Shown here piece by piece: positions 1-14,400 of a stretch of 64,000 nt of DNA. The translations under genes were made by a program, and so were the position numbers. The stretch is from Chrysomallon squamiferum. Taxonomy: Eukaryota > Animalia > Mollusca. The stretch covers positions 16,430,001 through 16,494,000 of the forward strand of contig CM022679.1 in NCBI GenBank assembly GCA_012295275.1, given 5' to 3'. The notes beneath the pieces are model-generated. The model ran no database searches. It was not told the DNA's origin and saw nothing but the letters and a program-made list of their open reading frames with translations. Position 1 is the stretch's first letter, and every line of letters starts with the position of its first letter.

Positions 1-238
1 TCTTTCCTTTTGTTCGTTTGTTGTTGTTTACAAACGAAATAAACTTTACATTGAGATAGTTTAGAGTTATCGCTCTTTCGTCTAATTCTCTAGAGCGGGA
101 TTTTTAAATATTTTTAGAAGACGAATGAAAATGTGTGAACATGCATTTCGTAGTTTCCATTTTCTACGAAACATATCAAATGAAATACGTACAACTCCAT
201 TTTGTTGATTGTTAATAAATTAGTAAGACAACAAACGA

Positions 239-273
<35 letters not shown>

Positions 274-2316
274 AAGACCAAGAGTTCTTTGCATCAGAAT
301 TTGTTCTTTAAAGTTGTAGAATTTATGAATCTACTGTCAGTTTTAGGAGACAGATTTTGCAGAACCCCCAACCCTCTAAAAAACAAGAACTACCAAACAA
401 ACACATGAACAGAACACGTATTTTAAATATCATAACAATAATATCTCCATTTGTCATGGAAAACTTTCAGTGAGACTCGGTCAAGTACAGTTGAACATGC
501 CTAATGCTGGTCTTCCAAGATTTAAAGCACGATATATTGACAGAACTGTTTAAAGAAACAACTTGTGGGGTTCTGCAAGGTTATATTTGACAAAATTTCA
601 ACCCTAATAGAGATTCAAATTTGGGGATGTAGAAGATTACTGTTCTTAGATGGTCATTTATCTTCACCAGGAAAGATAGTGGAAGACCATATTTGTCAAA
701 TTTGGTAAGACAAATATAGCTAAGAAAATGCTGTGGACCATGGCAAAGTGGAGAAACCATTAAATCATTAAACAGAAATGTAACTTAATGCATAGAATAC
801 TTGGGAAACAATGAAATGTACAGTAATATCAAAAATTACATTTTAAAATTTGCTTTGGGTTTGATAACATAACTCTATCACAAAGGGATATTTTAAGATT
901 TAGTATTTCTTGTAAGTAGATAATATGAGAATGTCAAAATAAAAGATTCATACCTTCATAACACTGGATTGCTTTATTTTTTATAAGCAAGATTTGAATT
1001 TAATATTGTTGTCTGGGAGGTTTTACTGTTGTAATTTTTATTTATGAATGAAATTTTATATTATTACAACAAACATTTTTCGTATTAAAATAGTTTTACA
1101 TCTTTATTTTCAAGATACAACTAAGTATGTTTAATAAATTTAAATGAAACAATATACACAATACAGTCATGTAAATTAAAATATGAATAATAGTAATAAA
1201 AAATAGTAATAAATAATAATCATTTAAGTAAATAGAAAAACATCCATTTCAATTAACAAAATACAATCATAATTATGTAATTAAAATCATTCAATAATTT
1301 ACAAAATGATTTATATGATTCAGTTTCAATCCACTATTTTACAAATAATTTTACATAAAAAATACAAAGAAAAGTCTATATTGCCTGTTTGTATGAAATG
1401 GTCAAAATATCAAAGGAACAGGCATATTTTAGTAACTTCTTGTTTAAACAACTTTTCACTGTTTTTGTTGTTTACTGTCAGTGCTATTTTGATGCACATT
1501 TTTCAATACAAATACATTTTACAGCTGATAAAAATATATCAAAATGTTATAAAATAAATTAAGAATATGAACAATAAAATTATAAATGTATTTACAGTGA
1601 ATCGTAGTATCATAATCAAAGTCACACAATAGAAGAATTAGTTTTTGGCTTTAATTTAAAAATCTTTAATATGTCTACAGCAAAAACTTTAACTTAGTAT
1701 TTAATTCACCAAATTACAAAATTTGCACAGGTATGTTAATTTATGGCTGTAGTGTTTTTTTATTTTTTTTATTTCACGATAAAAATACATCGGGTAAAAC
1801 GTAAAAGTACAGTATTTCTACGATTTGAAAACCCAAATGGTTTGCATGTGCAAAAACAACAAAATCCTAATTCATCAGACACATTCATTTTACACCATCA
1901 GAAATCATTTGAAGATTTTCTATTCATAAATATCTTAAATAAATAAAAACTATAAACAAAATTAACTAAACTCATTATATGCTCCTAACAAAAATGTACA
2001 ACAGTTCAGTGTATTTTCAAATGTCTGTGCTGCCAAAACTATACTGTAAATTTACAAAGTCAGTAAAAGCTAATATGGTAGAATAGGCATTCAGTTATTC
2101 AACGTTTTCCAGATATTATCTAGAAATGCCTAAACAAAAGATGAGTAAAATTTTTCATTAAAATAACAAAAATAAATAAACAAATAAATACATATGTAAA
2201 AAAACCCTCTTATTAATACAAAGATGGAAAAAGATGTAAGGATTAAAAATGATTAGAAAAGTTTAATCAATTTTGAGAACATTAATTTTTTTTGTAGTTA
2301 TTTATGACTGATTTGT

Positions 2317-2392
2317 TTATAAGGTGGAGAGAAGAGAATTCAAAGTTGATTCTTTTAGAGTCAGTCCAATGTGGTCAAAATAGTGATGAAAT
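2317..2392 (-). CDS. ATAD5: ATAD5 last coding exon (FHHYFDHIGLTLKESTLNSLLSTL*)
   Basis: Acceptor tttttcag, phase 2 completes an Arg codon, TAA at 2319-2317. Resembles the RRFxHY C-terminus of ATAD5. Confidence 0.88.
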
Positions 2393-2416
2393 CTGAAAAA
2401 GAAAAAGAAATTAACA

Positions 2417-2449
<33 letters not shown>

Positions 2450-5400
2450 ATAATATCTATGTGCATAATTATATAAACTATAGCACAAATTAAATTATTT
2501 TAGATTGGTACAATTTATATATTTTCAAATTTTCATAAAATAAAACAAAATTCATTAATTAATGACTACAAAACATACACTACATTTAAATATTTTACAC
2601 TTCAAATACACTTTTTTTTAATCCTAATATCATAAATATGACTTCCTTAAAATCTAATTTATTTTAACAAGCTGGTATTCATGTATTCCAAATGCTTTGA
2701 AATATTTTACTACTCATTCATTAAACACCTCTAAATTCTGACTGTAATTGAAAAAATAATAAAAATTCCCCAAACTAACCGTCTTTTGGCTTTGGCCACC
2801 TGTCTGAGCTGTTCAACTGTAACAATAGTTCGCAGTGCTGGTAGGTAATCAAGAGACAGGGCTTGGGGGTGACAGTAATTACATAAAGGCAGTGCTAATG
2901 CCACATTTTCTCTGGCTTTCCGAGAGGCATTGTTCATTCTGAAAATAGTTTAATTAAATTTCTCAAAAACATTTTTTCTAATGTTTTATATATAAAATAC
3001 TTTTGAGGAACCCTTGTAAACAAAAGCCAACTGTTTTTTTTGTCTCTCTTATCACAGAAATAAGTATCTGCTTTGTTCACCAGTGAAATTTATTTCATAC
3101 TTACTATTTTATTATTATTTTTTAAAATATATCAAATTTCTCTGATTTCAGTACAATTTCTCAAAATATTTAAGAAAAATTACCTCTGACCATTGCTTTC
3201 TTGAAGACAGAAGTTACTGACACCATTTTCCACTGGAATATGAACACAATCTGGAATTTCTTCTCTTTTTGAAACTATTTTATATTCTGTGAGATTGGAA
3301 TTAGTGCAATTGTAAAATGTTCTTGCATTTCTGAGTTCCAGTTCAGACAGAATATCCTGTCTCAGTGACTGACAATACCACTGTGAGTATTCCTGCTGAA
3401 TGAGACTAACACTAGTTCCACTGGACAAGTGTCCTCTACTGGAGTCAGTAATTACTGGCTTGTCAAGATCACAGTTCAGTCCAGCTGCCTCCAAAATATC
3501 AACAAAAGACATTGTGTCATAGAACATAGAAAAATTATTCAAAGATTTCAAATTCAATAGTTTTTTATGCTTTGTCATTTTATCAGGGTTTTGTTCTAGG
3601 GCAGTTTTGTCTTCTATTTCATGAACACTGTCCAAAGATTCATCATTGTCAAAAACATCAGTGTCTATTCTCCAAAACCTTTTACTGGAGGCTGTACTCT
3701 GGGATGGTGTGGCAACACAAGAACATGGTTGGGTTTTTGGAAATGGAAGGAAATGAAGAATGTTGCTGTAAAGTACATCAATACTGGATGATTTCAGGTT
3801 TTGCACAGTAATATTCAGTGATTCCACTTCGGTTATTCCCTGCAAGTTAAGTAAATAATTTTGAAAAAAAAAAAAACTGCTTTTTTCCCCCTTTGGAATA
3901 TGATTTTGAACCCAAACATATACATGTACTTATATCAAATAAAATAATCTTTACATGAATAAACAATAACAATTTTTTGTGGGATAAAGACTATAAGAAA
4001 TGAATTATATTTCAAAATAAACTGATTGAAGCTTGTGTAAAATTCTCACATTTCACAAATGTCATATGGCTTATTATTATATGCATTATATTTTGAATGA
4101 TTTGCAACTAACTGCTTAAAAAAATATGCATTAAAATCTAAATGTAATATAAACAGAACATTAAAGTCTGAGATCTGACAAACCAAACACTGAAGTATTT
4201 ACTTATTTTACCTTCAAGTAGTGAAACACATTCTCTTCCAGTTCTGCCTCTGTTGTTAATGCTCCTAGTAACCGTTCTGCTCTGATTTTGTGAGTACAGG
4301 GAAGATTGCTGCCATTATCTTTAGTTACCATATCAACAGGAAAAGGGTTGCAGTTGGTGTCATCATCATAGATGACTCGAGAGGGTTTGTACTTTGATGA
4401 CCGTAGAAATTCTGATTCTTCTTCATCCACAATGTCAGTCTGTGCTGCTGAATTTAAACAACAATATAAATAAAACAGTAAACAAAAAAGGTTCTAGTGA
4501 AATGAAGCAAACTGTATTTAATATCATGGTCAATGATATAAATATACATATATATATATATATATACTCTAACAAAAAAGAAACGCAAAAGTAGATTTTA
4601 TTGACATTGGGAATATCTATCTAATGGATCAACAGAAAGCAGCAGAATGTTCACATTTTCGCAGTTCATTAATATTGATGGTATTACATTGAAAAGGTTA
4701 AAGTTCAAGGTTATAACAGTATAATATCAATACCGTGTGTGCCAATCATGGGAGTCCAGATGCCTGGTATCTCCTTCCCATGGCAGTAATGACATTACAA
4801 ATTACACCTTGTGGAATGGTGGCCCACTCAGTCTATAGTAATAATGGCAACTGAGCACGATTATGTGGCTGTGGTTGATGCTGCCTCAGTCATCTATCCA
4901 AATCGTCCTATAAATGCTCAATAGGGTTCAAATCAGGAGATTTAGAGGGCCAGGGCAGGACCTGAATGTTATTGTTGCATATGTACGCTGTTGTGAGCCT
5001 GGCTTTATGTGGTCTCGCATTGTTGTGCTGGAATACAGCGTTACCATTAATCATAACTTGAGTGACATGTGGCTGCAAAATTTCATCTCGGTATCTCTGA
5101 GCCATTAAGTTGCCTTGGATGTGAACCAGGTTGGTCCTGCCAGTGTATGACATTGCTGCCCACACCATCACACTACCACCACAAAATCTGTCCGCTTCCT
5201 GTATGCAGTTTGCAGTAAAATGTTCATCATGATGTCTGTAAACTCGACATCTTCCATCAGCTCGACAAAGCAGAAATTGAGCCTCATCACTGACCAGGCA
5301 GTTCTCCATCATAACTAAGGCCAGACTCTGTGCACTTGACACCACTGACGTCGTAGTCGACGATGTTGTTGAGTCAAAACCACTCTTCTTACAGGCTGTC

Positions 5401-8381
5401 TGGCTTGAATACCTGCCTCGCGTAAACGATTGCACACTGTCTGAGTCGATATTCTACGCAGACCTGGTATTGCTGAAGCAGTAGAGATTGCCGTGGTGGT
5501 TCTTTCCCATAGATGAAGAGGTCCTGGGCCCTGGTGGTTACACACTGTCTACCTGATCTGGGATGGTCACATCTTGTTTGGTGTTGCTGGAACTGATACC
5601 ACAACATCAAGATGGTGCTTGGGGATACATGGAACACCCGAGCTACGGCTGAGAAGGATTCGACAGCTTGTAAACGGTCAATGTCATTGTTTTGTTGCAG
5701 TTCATTCAGTCGTGGCATTTGTTTGATGCTGGGTCAGAACAAAAATAACGAACAGAAGTATTCAACAACCTTGCATTTTTGTGACCCTCATATTCAAGTT
5801 TCATGTGCCGCACATGAACATGCACTGGTAGCGTGTTTTGCATGCAGGGACGTTTTGGCTAATAAACATAACCATAGCCTTTATTTTGTGTTACCTGCTT
5901 TTTGGCAACTGTAACAAAAGCTGCAGGTCTGTATCACCAAATGTCATTATATTCATAGTTTGTACATCGATATGAGTCAGTTTACAATAGTTATCTAAAA
6001 ATCATACTTTTAGCATTTCTTTTTTGGGAGAGTATACTCACCTGACGGGATTATATTCAGAGAAAATACTATGTACAGCAGTAATATTTATGTATATAAC
6101 AATATACCTTGTGTATCCTGTGAATCCCCTGTCATACTCTCACAGAGTATCTCATTCTGAACTGTATTTCCACTGCTCTGTAGTGGTCTCTTTTGTTTGA
6201 AGAAATCCCCACCAGAATCTAACCAGAACTGCAGAGTCAACATGCATTTACGTACATCTCCGTGACAGAATCGAACCAGACTGACAATGTCATGGTAATC
6301 AGTTCTCAGACTGTCTACAAGACAGAGCGTCTGCAGATGGCTCGCTATGTCAGGCTGGAAAACAAATAAAATGGTGAATTGCTACATTATTGTTATGCAA
6401 TTCAATACATACTCATTTATTTACAGTCTTATTAAAAACAAAAAAACACAAACACCAAAAACATTTGGCTTAAATTATCAGTTTTCAAAGAAAACCATCT
6501 TTTTAAAGTTATATAAAAATTATAAACAATCCAAATAAAAAGTCTCTTGGATGTTTATTAGCAATGAACACAAATTCTAAATAAATACACAATTATGTCA
6601 CAATAAAAAACTAAATTTAATCTGTCTGAAATTAATTAATTATTTATTAAAAATGTCACAAAGTGAATTTTACCAGTGAAGGACATTTAAATGTGATCAG
6701 TTCAACTCTGGACTGCAGCTGATGAGAAAAGTCAGAATTTGTTGTAGTCAGAATGATAGGAATTTTGCAGTGTTCATAAAATGCTGCACAGCTGGAAGAA
6801 ATCCTTTATCAAAATCTTCAAAAAAGATATCAACCTGAAATAATAAAATGGTCAAATATTTAAACAAAAACAGTAAATAAAAAAAGGAGAGAAAAAAAGA
6901 TTTTCATAAGACATTGTTAATACATTTTCACTAAATATCATGTTTCAGTGAAATATTTGATGTGTAACTTTTGCTTTTGAAGGGAGCATTAATTACATTT
7001 AATGTAACAACCAGCATTACACTTACCCTTGGAATCTGTTGCAAAAATAACATTCAGGTGCACTGCACTCTTTATATGTTAACATTACATTTACAAAGCC
7101 TTTTTCTGAGATTGTCATCAAGAAACACTTTTCTTAACTAGGAACACAAAAGAATAAAACTTGTCCATTCTTTGACCATGTCTAAACTGATACATTCAAA
7201 CATCACCAGACATCATTCCAAACGAATACTTTAACATCTCAGCACATTTCATACCTCATCAAATAAGATCAGAGTTGTAGATGACAGGTTTAAACTTCCT
7301 GTTTGACTGGAATCTTCAAGACTTCTTGATGGAAAGCATTTTTTATCACTATAATCTTTCTTTGCTCTTTTGGGATCAGTTCCATCTGGGCAAAAGTATT
7401 ATTATTTTTTTTTTTTAAATGACAGAAAGACTTATAAACATGAATAACCTGCTCAAAGGTAATAAACACAAAACTATTTAGATACTATTAATGACTAGCG
7501 ATTAATAATTATTGCACATAATACTGTAGTTATAAATTTAGAATGTAACTTTTCAAAAATTGGTAATAATAGGATATTACTTCAAGTTTTATCATCTACT
7601 CCAATCAATTTATTTAAATATAAGTTTGTTGTTTTACATTAGTAAATTATAAATAATAATAAAAAAATTAAATTAAATTAAAATTGCCCTTTTTTTAACA
7701 GCTTAAGATAACCAATTTCCATTTAAACATTTAAATTTCAATGATTAAGTCTTTATATATCTGTTTCTGTAAGAAGTACAAACCTTGTGAATCTGTCTCT
7801 CTTTTTCTCTTAATATCCTTTGTGTTACCTGAGGTATCATCTTGTTCTTTCTTTTTTGATTTTTTAGACTTTTTAGAATGCTTTTTAACTGTTTTGTCAA
7901 CATCAACAATTTCGATTGGAACCGTTTCCTTTGCTGCTGCCTTTTTAAAAAGATTGGTAAATGCTGCAGGAAGTTTCTGTGTTGGCATGTCCTCATTTTT
8001 CTGAAAGGCTGTAGAAATTGTTTTAATTAAATCAAGTATGTATCTTTTTCTGTTTTTGCAAATTGCCACATGAAACAAAAAATTGAATAAATACTTAAAC
8101 AGAGGATTAAAAATCAAAATTTCAATAATCAGTAATCCACCTTGTTAAACATACATTCTGCAATAAACACTAACTAACCTACATTTTTTCAAATCAACAA
8201 TTACAAACTGTGCCTACATTGTTTTATCATGCCTTGAGCTGTGTTGTTTAACATGTTGGTTCCGTCTTTGCTCTGAGCTACCTGGTGAGACTGTGTGGCT
8301 TCCTGCAGCTGAGACAGAATGTGTTTACCATTTCGAGATGATGATGCATTTACTTCAATCACCTGAAAGCAAATATTGTCA

Positions 8382-8418
<37 letters not shown>

Positions 8419-11400
8419 ATGACAATATTTGCTTATATATGTACATACATAAAAAATTTCAACTTCTGCATATATATCTAATGGATACAAGAAAAAAAAA
8501 AAAAATTCACTTCCTTAATATTAAGAAGTAATAACAAATTCTTTGGCAAATTTCTGAAATATCTATAATTTATAATCTCTGATTTTTCTTACTCCGGTAG
8601 AAAAGTTATCATAATGCTAAATGCAGATTTTTTTCTTGACATATGATATTTAATCTCCATTCATAGCATGACAAGAGTATTATCCAGTTTGCACAATCTA
8701 GAGAATTAAGAAAGTAAGGATAAATCAAATAAAGAAAATTTCTAACCTTATATCCAACTTCTTGAGCTAAAGCATACACTGTGGCTGTCTTGCCAATACC
8801 TGAGGGTCCAGAGATGAGCAATGTGTTACACAGTTTGTCATCATCACTGTCACTTTCATCTGAGAAATCGAATTCACTGTCATCACCATCCCACCTTTCT
8901 GATTCTTTTTCTGTAAGTTTTATAAAATATTTTTGTAATGTTGAAGTTTCTTGGAGATTAGTTTGTTCATTATGCAATAGGACCACGTAGATTAATTTTT
9001 ATGTCAAAACATCTCATGTTATTTTTAATTTAAAATTATTTTATATTTAACTTCCTATAGTAAGACAGGATGATAAGTAAATAAAGAAAACACTGAGATA
9101 TAGTGTGTGTGTGTGGTCTGAGATCAGATATTTCAACACTAAAAGAAAAAATTCAAACTATATAAGGATTGTTGTGGATGGATAAATATGATACAAATGC
9201 AGGTACAGAGAAAGTCATAATTAGCTTTAGAATAGTTGCTGATGCTACTCAACATATTAATGCTTAGAATCCAGTAACGAATTATATAAACCATTCCTAA
9301 AGTCTTCTATAATTTAGTATCACAAGATTAACCATAAACATGAGAACATTAAGAAATCAGCTATCTATTCAAAAGTAAAATATATTTTAGGATCACCAAA
9401 GAAAATATTTAATTGTCAATTCTTTTGAAAACATAGGAATTTCAAGGTAACTAATATTTTACATTTAAGATTTTTAATAAATCAGTAACTAATATCTTTA
9501 AAAATAATTGAACAAAACCTGATGTTTATGGGAGAGAGAAAAAAAAAATGCTGGCATTACTCAGTTATTAATCATTCTTTTATTTTTTTAAACTATAGAT
9601 CTAACATATATCACTTAAAACTTTACAACACACTGATGTTAAAAATTAAACTAAAAAAAAAAAAAAAAACTCTCACCTTTGTTTACAGATTTTCCATTGG
9701 TCTGCTGCAGCAATCTCTTCCTCATCTTTCTTTCCTCTAGATCGGTCCTGTGTTTCCACTGCAGGAGCCAACTTTTTATTTTTGTAATGTTCTTACTGTG
9801 ACCAATCACCTCGGAGGAATGGCTTGGCTGGTAGCGATCTGTCCACATCAGTTCTGCAGTAAAAATATTTAGTAACTATGGAGGCAGCAAGACATATTCT
9901 GGTTTAAATATGTGTATTGGCAAATACTGATTTAATAAAGACTTCTAAAATAAAAATATTTGTTAATAACAGAAACTGTAAGAAATATTCTAGATTAATA
10001 ATATTATATACATTTTGGAATATTTAGGTTATACAGGCTGTTTCATATATTTTCCTGTTTATGGTAGGGTTCACATAAAAGGGTCCTTGGAGATAAGGAA
10101 CAAGTAGGCCACTGCACAGTTGCAGGTTTTCTCTCTAATTATCAGTATATTTTTAACTATATACATGATTTCTTATATTCATAGAACAGAAGTGCATTTT
10201 CCATATTAAAAAAAACCCAGCTTTACATAAGTAAGAAATGTTTTTTATTTAATTAAAGTAATTATTTATTACCTTTAAGCCAAGGTTTTGTGCATTCTGT
10301 CACACTGCTAACAGCTTCAGCCTCTGTTCTATCTTTGACAAGACTGAGTTTATTTTTATTTCTTTGTTTAACTTTGACAGCCACAGGAACATCAATTGAT
10401 GATTTATGTTTCTTTTTATGTTTTTTCTTCTTAGAAGAGACATTATCCTCTACAGGTGCAGGTTCAATTTCAGCCTGAACTTCAATAGGTGGAACAGAAG
10501 CTAAAAAACAATATTAAAAAACATTAAAAAAAAACAACACCTATAAGCAAACAGAATATATATCTCACATTTTGTAAAATAAATAAAGAAAAAGATCAGC
10601 AAATTCATTCATGTGTATATTATGACAAAAAAGTAAATGAACTGTTTTAAAGTATTTTAATTTGTAAGAAATATTAAGCCTGATTAAAATATATTTTATC
10701 CCCAATAATGTTTTATTTCTAATAAAATATTACAATAATAAAAGGTACCCGAAAATATGAGTAAGTCATTGGAATATTGCATTATCCTTGGTATATCACA
10801 AATTGTTTATACTTCAGTTTAAGAAAAAGTTATCCTTCACAGATACATTCTCACAATAGTAATATTTTGTTATGCATAAATATTCACAAAGTTTGGTTGT
10901 TATATATACATTAAAAAAAAGACAGCATTGACTTTGCAGTATTCAGGTGTATATTAAACTTGTAAAGAAAAGATTTTAGGTACGAACATTGATCTTCAGA
11001 ATTATGGGAGTTAATATCCTCTTGTTTCTTTGATTGAAGTTCTTTAAACATTTCAGCAAAAGGATAGTTTCTGTTGAATGTTTTCATCTCTTCTATCAGT
11101 TGTCCTAATATGTCTTCAGAAATTTCATTATGTCTGTTAAAATTCTGGAAAAAAAAGATTAACAATTAAAATTACGACTTCATATTTTAAAGCATACAAA
11201 TAAATATGTTTAAAGATAATTATTCATATGCTAAACAATAAATTGTAAATATTCCTGTTAATAACTAAGTTATCAAGTTTCTAAGTAAAGCGTACTAAAA
11301 AACATTTTAGCACCAGTAATTTAACTAAGACCAAATTTTTGTATATAATTAATTATCCACTAAGTAATACAAAACTAATACAAAACACCAAAATTTCACA

Positions 11401-14400
11401 GGTTGCTTTAAACATTTTGATTTTCTAAATAACAAGTTATTCATAGTAATAATTTGGAAATTAAACCTGAAAAATGTGTCTGCATTTTCTTGATTTCAGG
11501 GGTTTCCATTCAAGGCGAGACCAGTGACAATCAGACAGGACTTTAGAATCAACTTTTCTCAGAGATACTGAAACACATGGTAATCTCCAGATATCCACAA
11601 CTAGTTTCAGTAATGTTTCATTTTTTTGCTGTATGTGGCTAATAAGAGGCAAGGGAGTGAACTCTGGATAATCTGGTACAGATGGAGCAACCGTTTGTTT
11701 TCTCAGTTCATCAGGAATTCCACTCATGAGAAAAGCTCTTCTCAGACGGATTTTTTCAGGATCTTCAATTTGTTTTTCTTCACCTGACTTCATAAATATT
11801 GGAGCTAGCTTTTCTGTGATAAATAAAATAATAATCAAACCAATTTAATTTAACAAGGCTGAAAAAAGCAAAAGGGAACATGATTATCCATATCTAATCT
11901 GCTATTGTGTGAACACATATCAAAGCAACAAATCAAATTAATTCATTAGTTATAGAAAACATGAATCAACAACAATTTTTAAGCTAATCTGTTTTGTATT
12001 TGGAGATGCAAAATAATTGTTTAATTACAGAACCCCTAAAATATATTTCATGTACAAACTCTCAGCCTGTGTAAATTGTAATTAAATGTATTTAATATAT
12101 TAAACATTTTAATTTTTCACCTATTGTTTTGGCTGGACTTCTGAAGAATTATGGAATATCTACCGAAGCATGTAAAAGATGACATTATAATTTACCACAT
12201 CAGGGGATTAAGTAACTTTTTATATGAATATTAAATTGTCTGTCTGATATCATTTACTGATAAACACTCAAGTTAAATGTTACTGGTTGACAAACCTGAA
12301 GCTTTTTGTTTTGTAGATTTCTGATGTTTCACAGACTTCTTTGAAATACTTGTTTTTTTCACCACTACATCATCCTCATCATCAATCTCAATAAAGGTCT
12401 CCTCTAAACTCTGGTTAGCCTGAGCAGCCAACCGCTCACTCCGACGTCTGCAGCTTTCATCACTACTCATCACATCCTGTGAGTGCTCTCGGCTGTGTTT
12501 CTTTTTCTTCTTATTTCGTTTAACTTTCTTTTTAACTGGAGATAACATCTTAGTTTTCTGCTTATGTCTCTTTGCCTTATGCAAAAGTTCTTGTGCTTTC
12601 ACCCTTTTTGCTTCCACCTGTGAAAAAGGAAACTTTAAAATGCTATACAGTAAATTCTAATTATTTCTGAAATTATTAAATTTGAAGTAAACAACTGCTT
12701 AGTCCAAAATAAAAACAAAAAAAACCACCAATTAATACAAATATATATTCTGCAAGTTTTTTTTTACCTTTTTATCTTTTGCCATTTTCAAGGACACTTG
12801 GGTAAAATCACTTTCTTCTCCACTGGAGATCTTAAAACACCTAGTGAGAGAGAAAAAAAAGAAAAAGAAAAAAAGAAACATATACCTCACATCTAAAATA
12901 CTGTATCAAAACTACAAGACAAATTATACAAAATTAACAAATATATATAAATATGTGAAAAAATCACCACTCCTCCTAGTACATGATTTTTTTTTTTTTT
13001 TTTAAACATACTGGTTACTATTATAAAATGTTGAAGGAATAAACAGTGGTACCTTGACTTGAAAATCAAATCAATTTTCCCAACTGAAATTACTTGAAAT
13101 ACCATGAATCTGTTCCAGACCCCAAAATCACCCCATTTTTTTTTACCTTTTGTAATGTGTTTTTAAATAACAAAAATGTATTTATAAATGACAAATATTG
13201 TATAAAAACAAAATAAAAGAGAATGTAAGGAAATAAATTGGTTTTGTAAAGTGTATTTTATCTTGGAGATCACACAAATTGTTTTAATGCCTTTGGCTGG
13301 AATTACAGTCTTTATCGACCCCTTCTGCTTCAGTATGGTACATATCGTAGAAGTACTATGTTTGTATTGCCTAGCCAACTCGACTACATGCATGCCTTGT
13401 TTATGTTTTTCTGTGATTTCATGCTTTAATTCAATGGACATCATCCACTTCTTCTTCTCAGCACTGTCCTTTGCACTTACTTTCTTCAGATCCATGGCCA
13501 GAAAAAAGAAATAAGGCAAAATTCTGCACAAAATGCAAGCATAACACAACAGAGATGCTTCTGCAGTGAGGTAATCATGTGAAGTAAATGAGTGACACGT
13601 GAGATACTGGCCAGATGTTGTGTTGTTCATTGCACCAACTAGTGGCATTTTATCTGAAGCTTGCTCATATCTCGGATTTTGGCTTGAAACTCAAAACAAA
13701 CTGGGCGACTGCTCATAGCTTGGAAAACTCATAAGTTGGGGCACACGTAAGTCAAGGTACAACTGTATTCCATCCTAGTATTAAGTTAAAAAACATTTAC
13801 TCTTTACCATGATAATGCAGAAAAATTATTTTATAAAAGTTCATACAAATCATGAGACAGAAAAAAGAAAAAGAAAGATATTATATATTTTGACCTTTTG
13901 GTAAGTTTTTAATACCTTAGTTTCATTTTTATTGGAGTTTTTCTATCATCATCAAAATGCAAACTGGACACTCTGTACCTGGATACCTGAGGGGTTATAA
14001 CTGCTGTGTCTGCGATGCCTGAGTCTGCTAATGTTCCTTTTCTTTGTGTGTTGCCACCAACAGGTTCTATGTTCTCAGGACTGCTGTCTACAGATAATGA
14101 ATTAGATTTAACAAGTTTAGATTTTTTGCTTTCTTTCTTCAATTTGTTTTTTTTAGGAGATTTGCTGATTTTCTTTTTTGTTGGGTTTCTTAATCTAGTG
14201 CTATGTAACACTTTATCTGTTCCTGTGGTTTTCGATAAAAGTTTTGAACCACTAAAACAGAGTTTAGCTTGAGCAGTTTTTGCAGGTATTATAATCATTT
14301 CTTCATTTTTCAAAAAAGCTTCACGTTTTTCTTTGCTAACAGATTTTTCACCTTTGTCCATTTCATCAGATTTTTCCATCTGTGATTGTAAAATTTCATG

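Noticed and set aside
450-800. Slightly GC-richer, exon-like segment downstream of ATAD5
   Set aside because: The frames I read contain stops and no recognisable motif. It may be a decayed repeat or UTR.
13163-13648. 161-aa ORF as a domesticated CENP-B/TIGD-like gene
   Set aside because: Only the N-terminal HTH is present, it lies between intact TIRs inside an intron, and it runs into AT-rich non-coding sequence. It is a deleted transposon.
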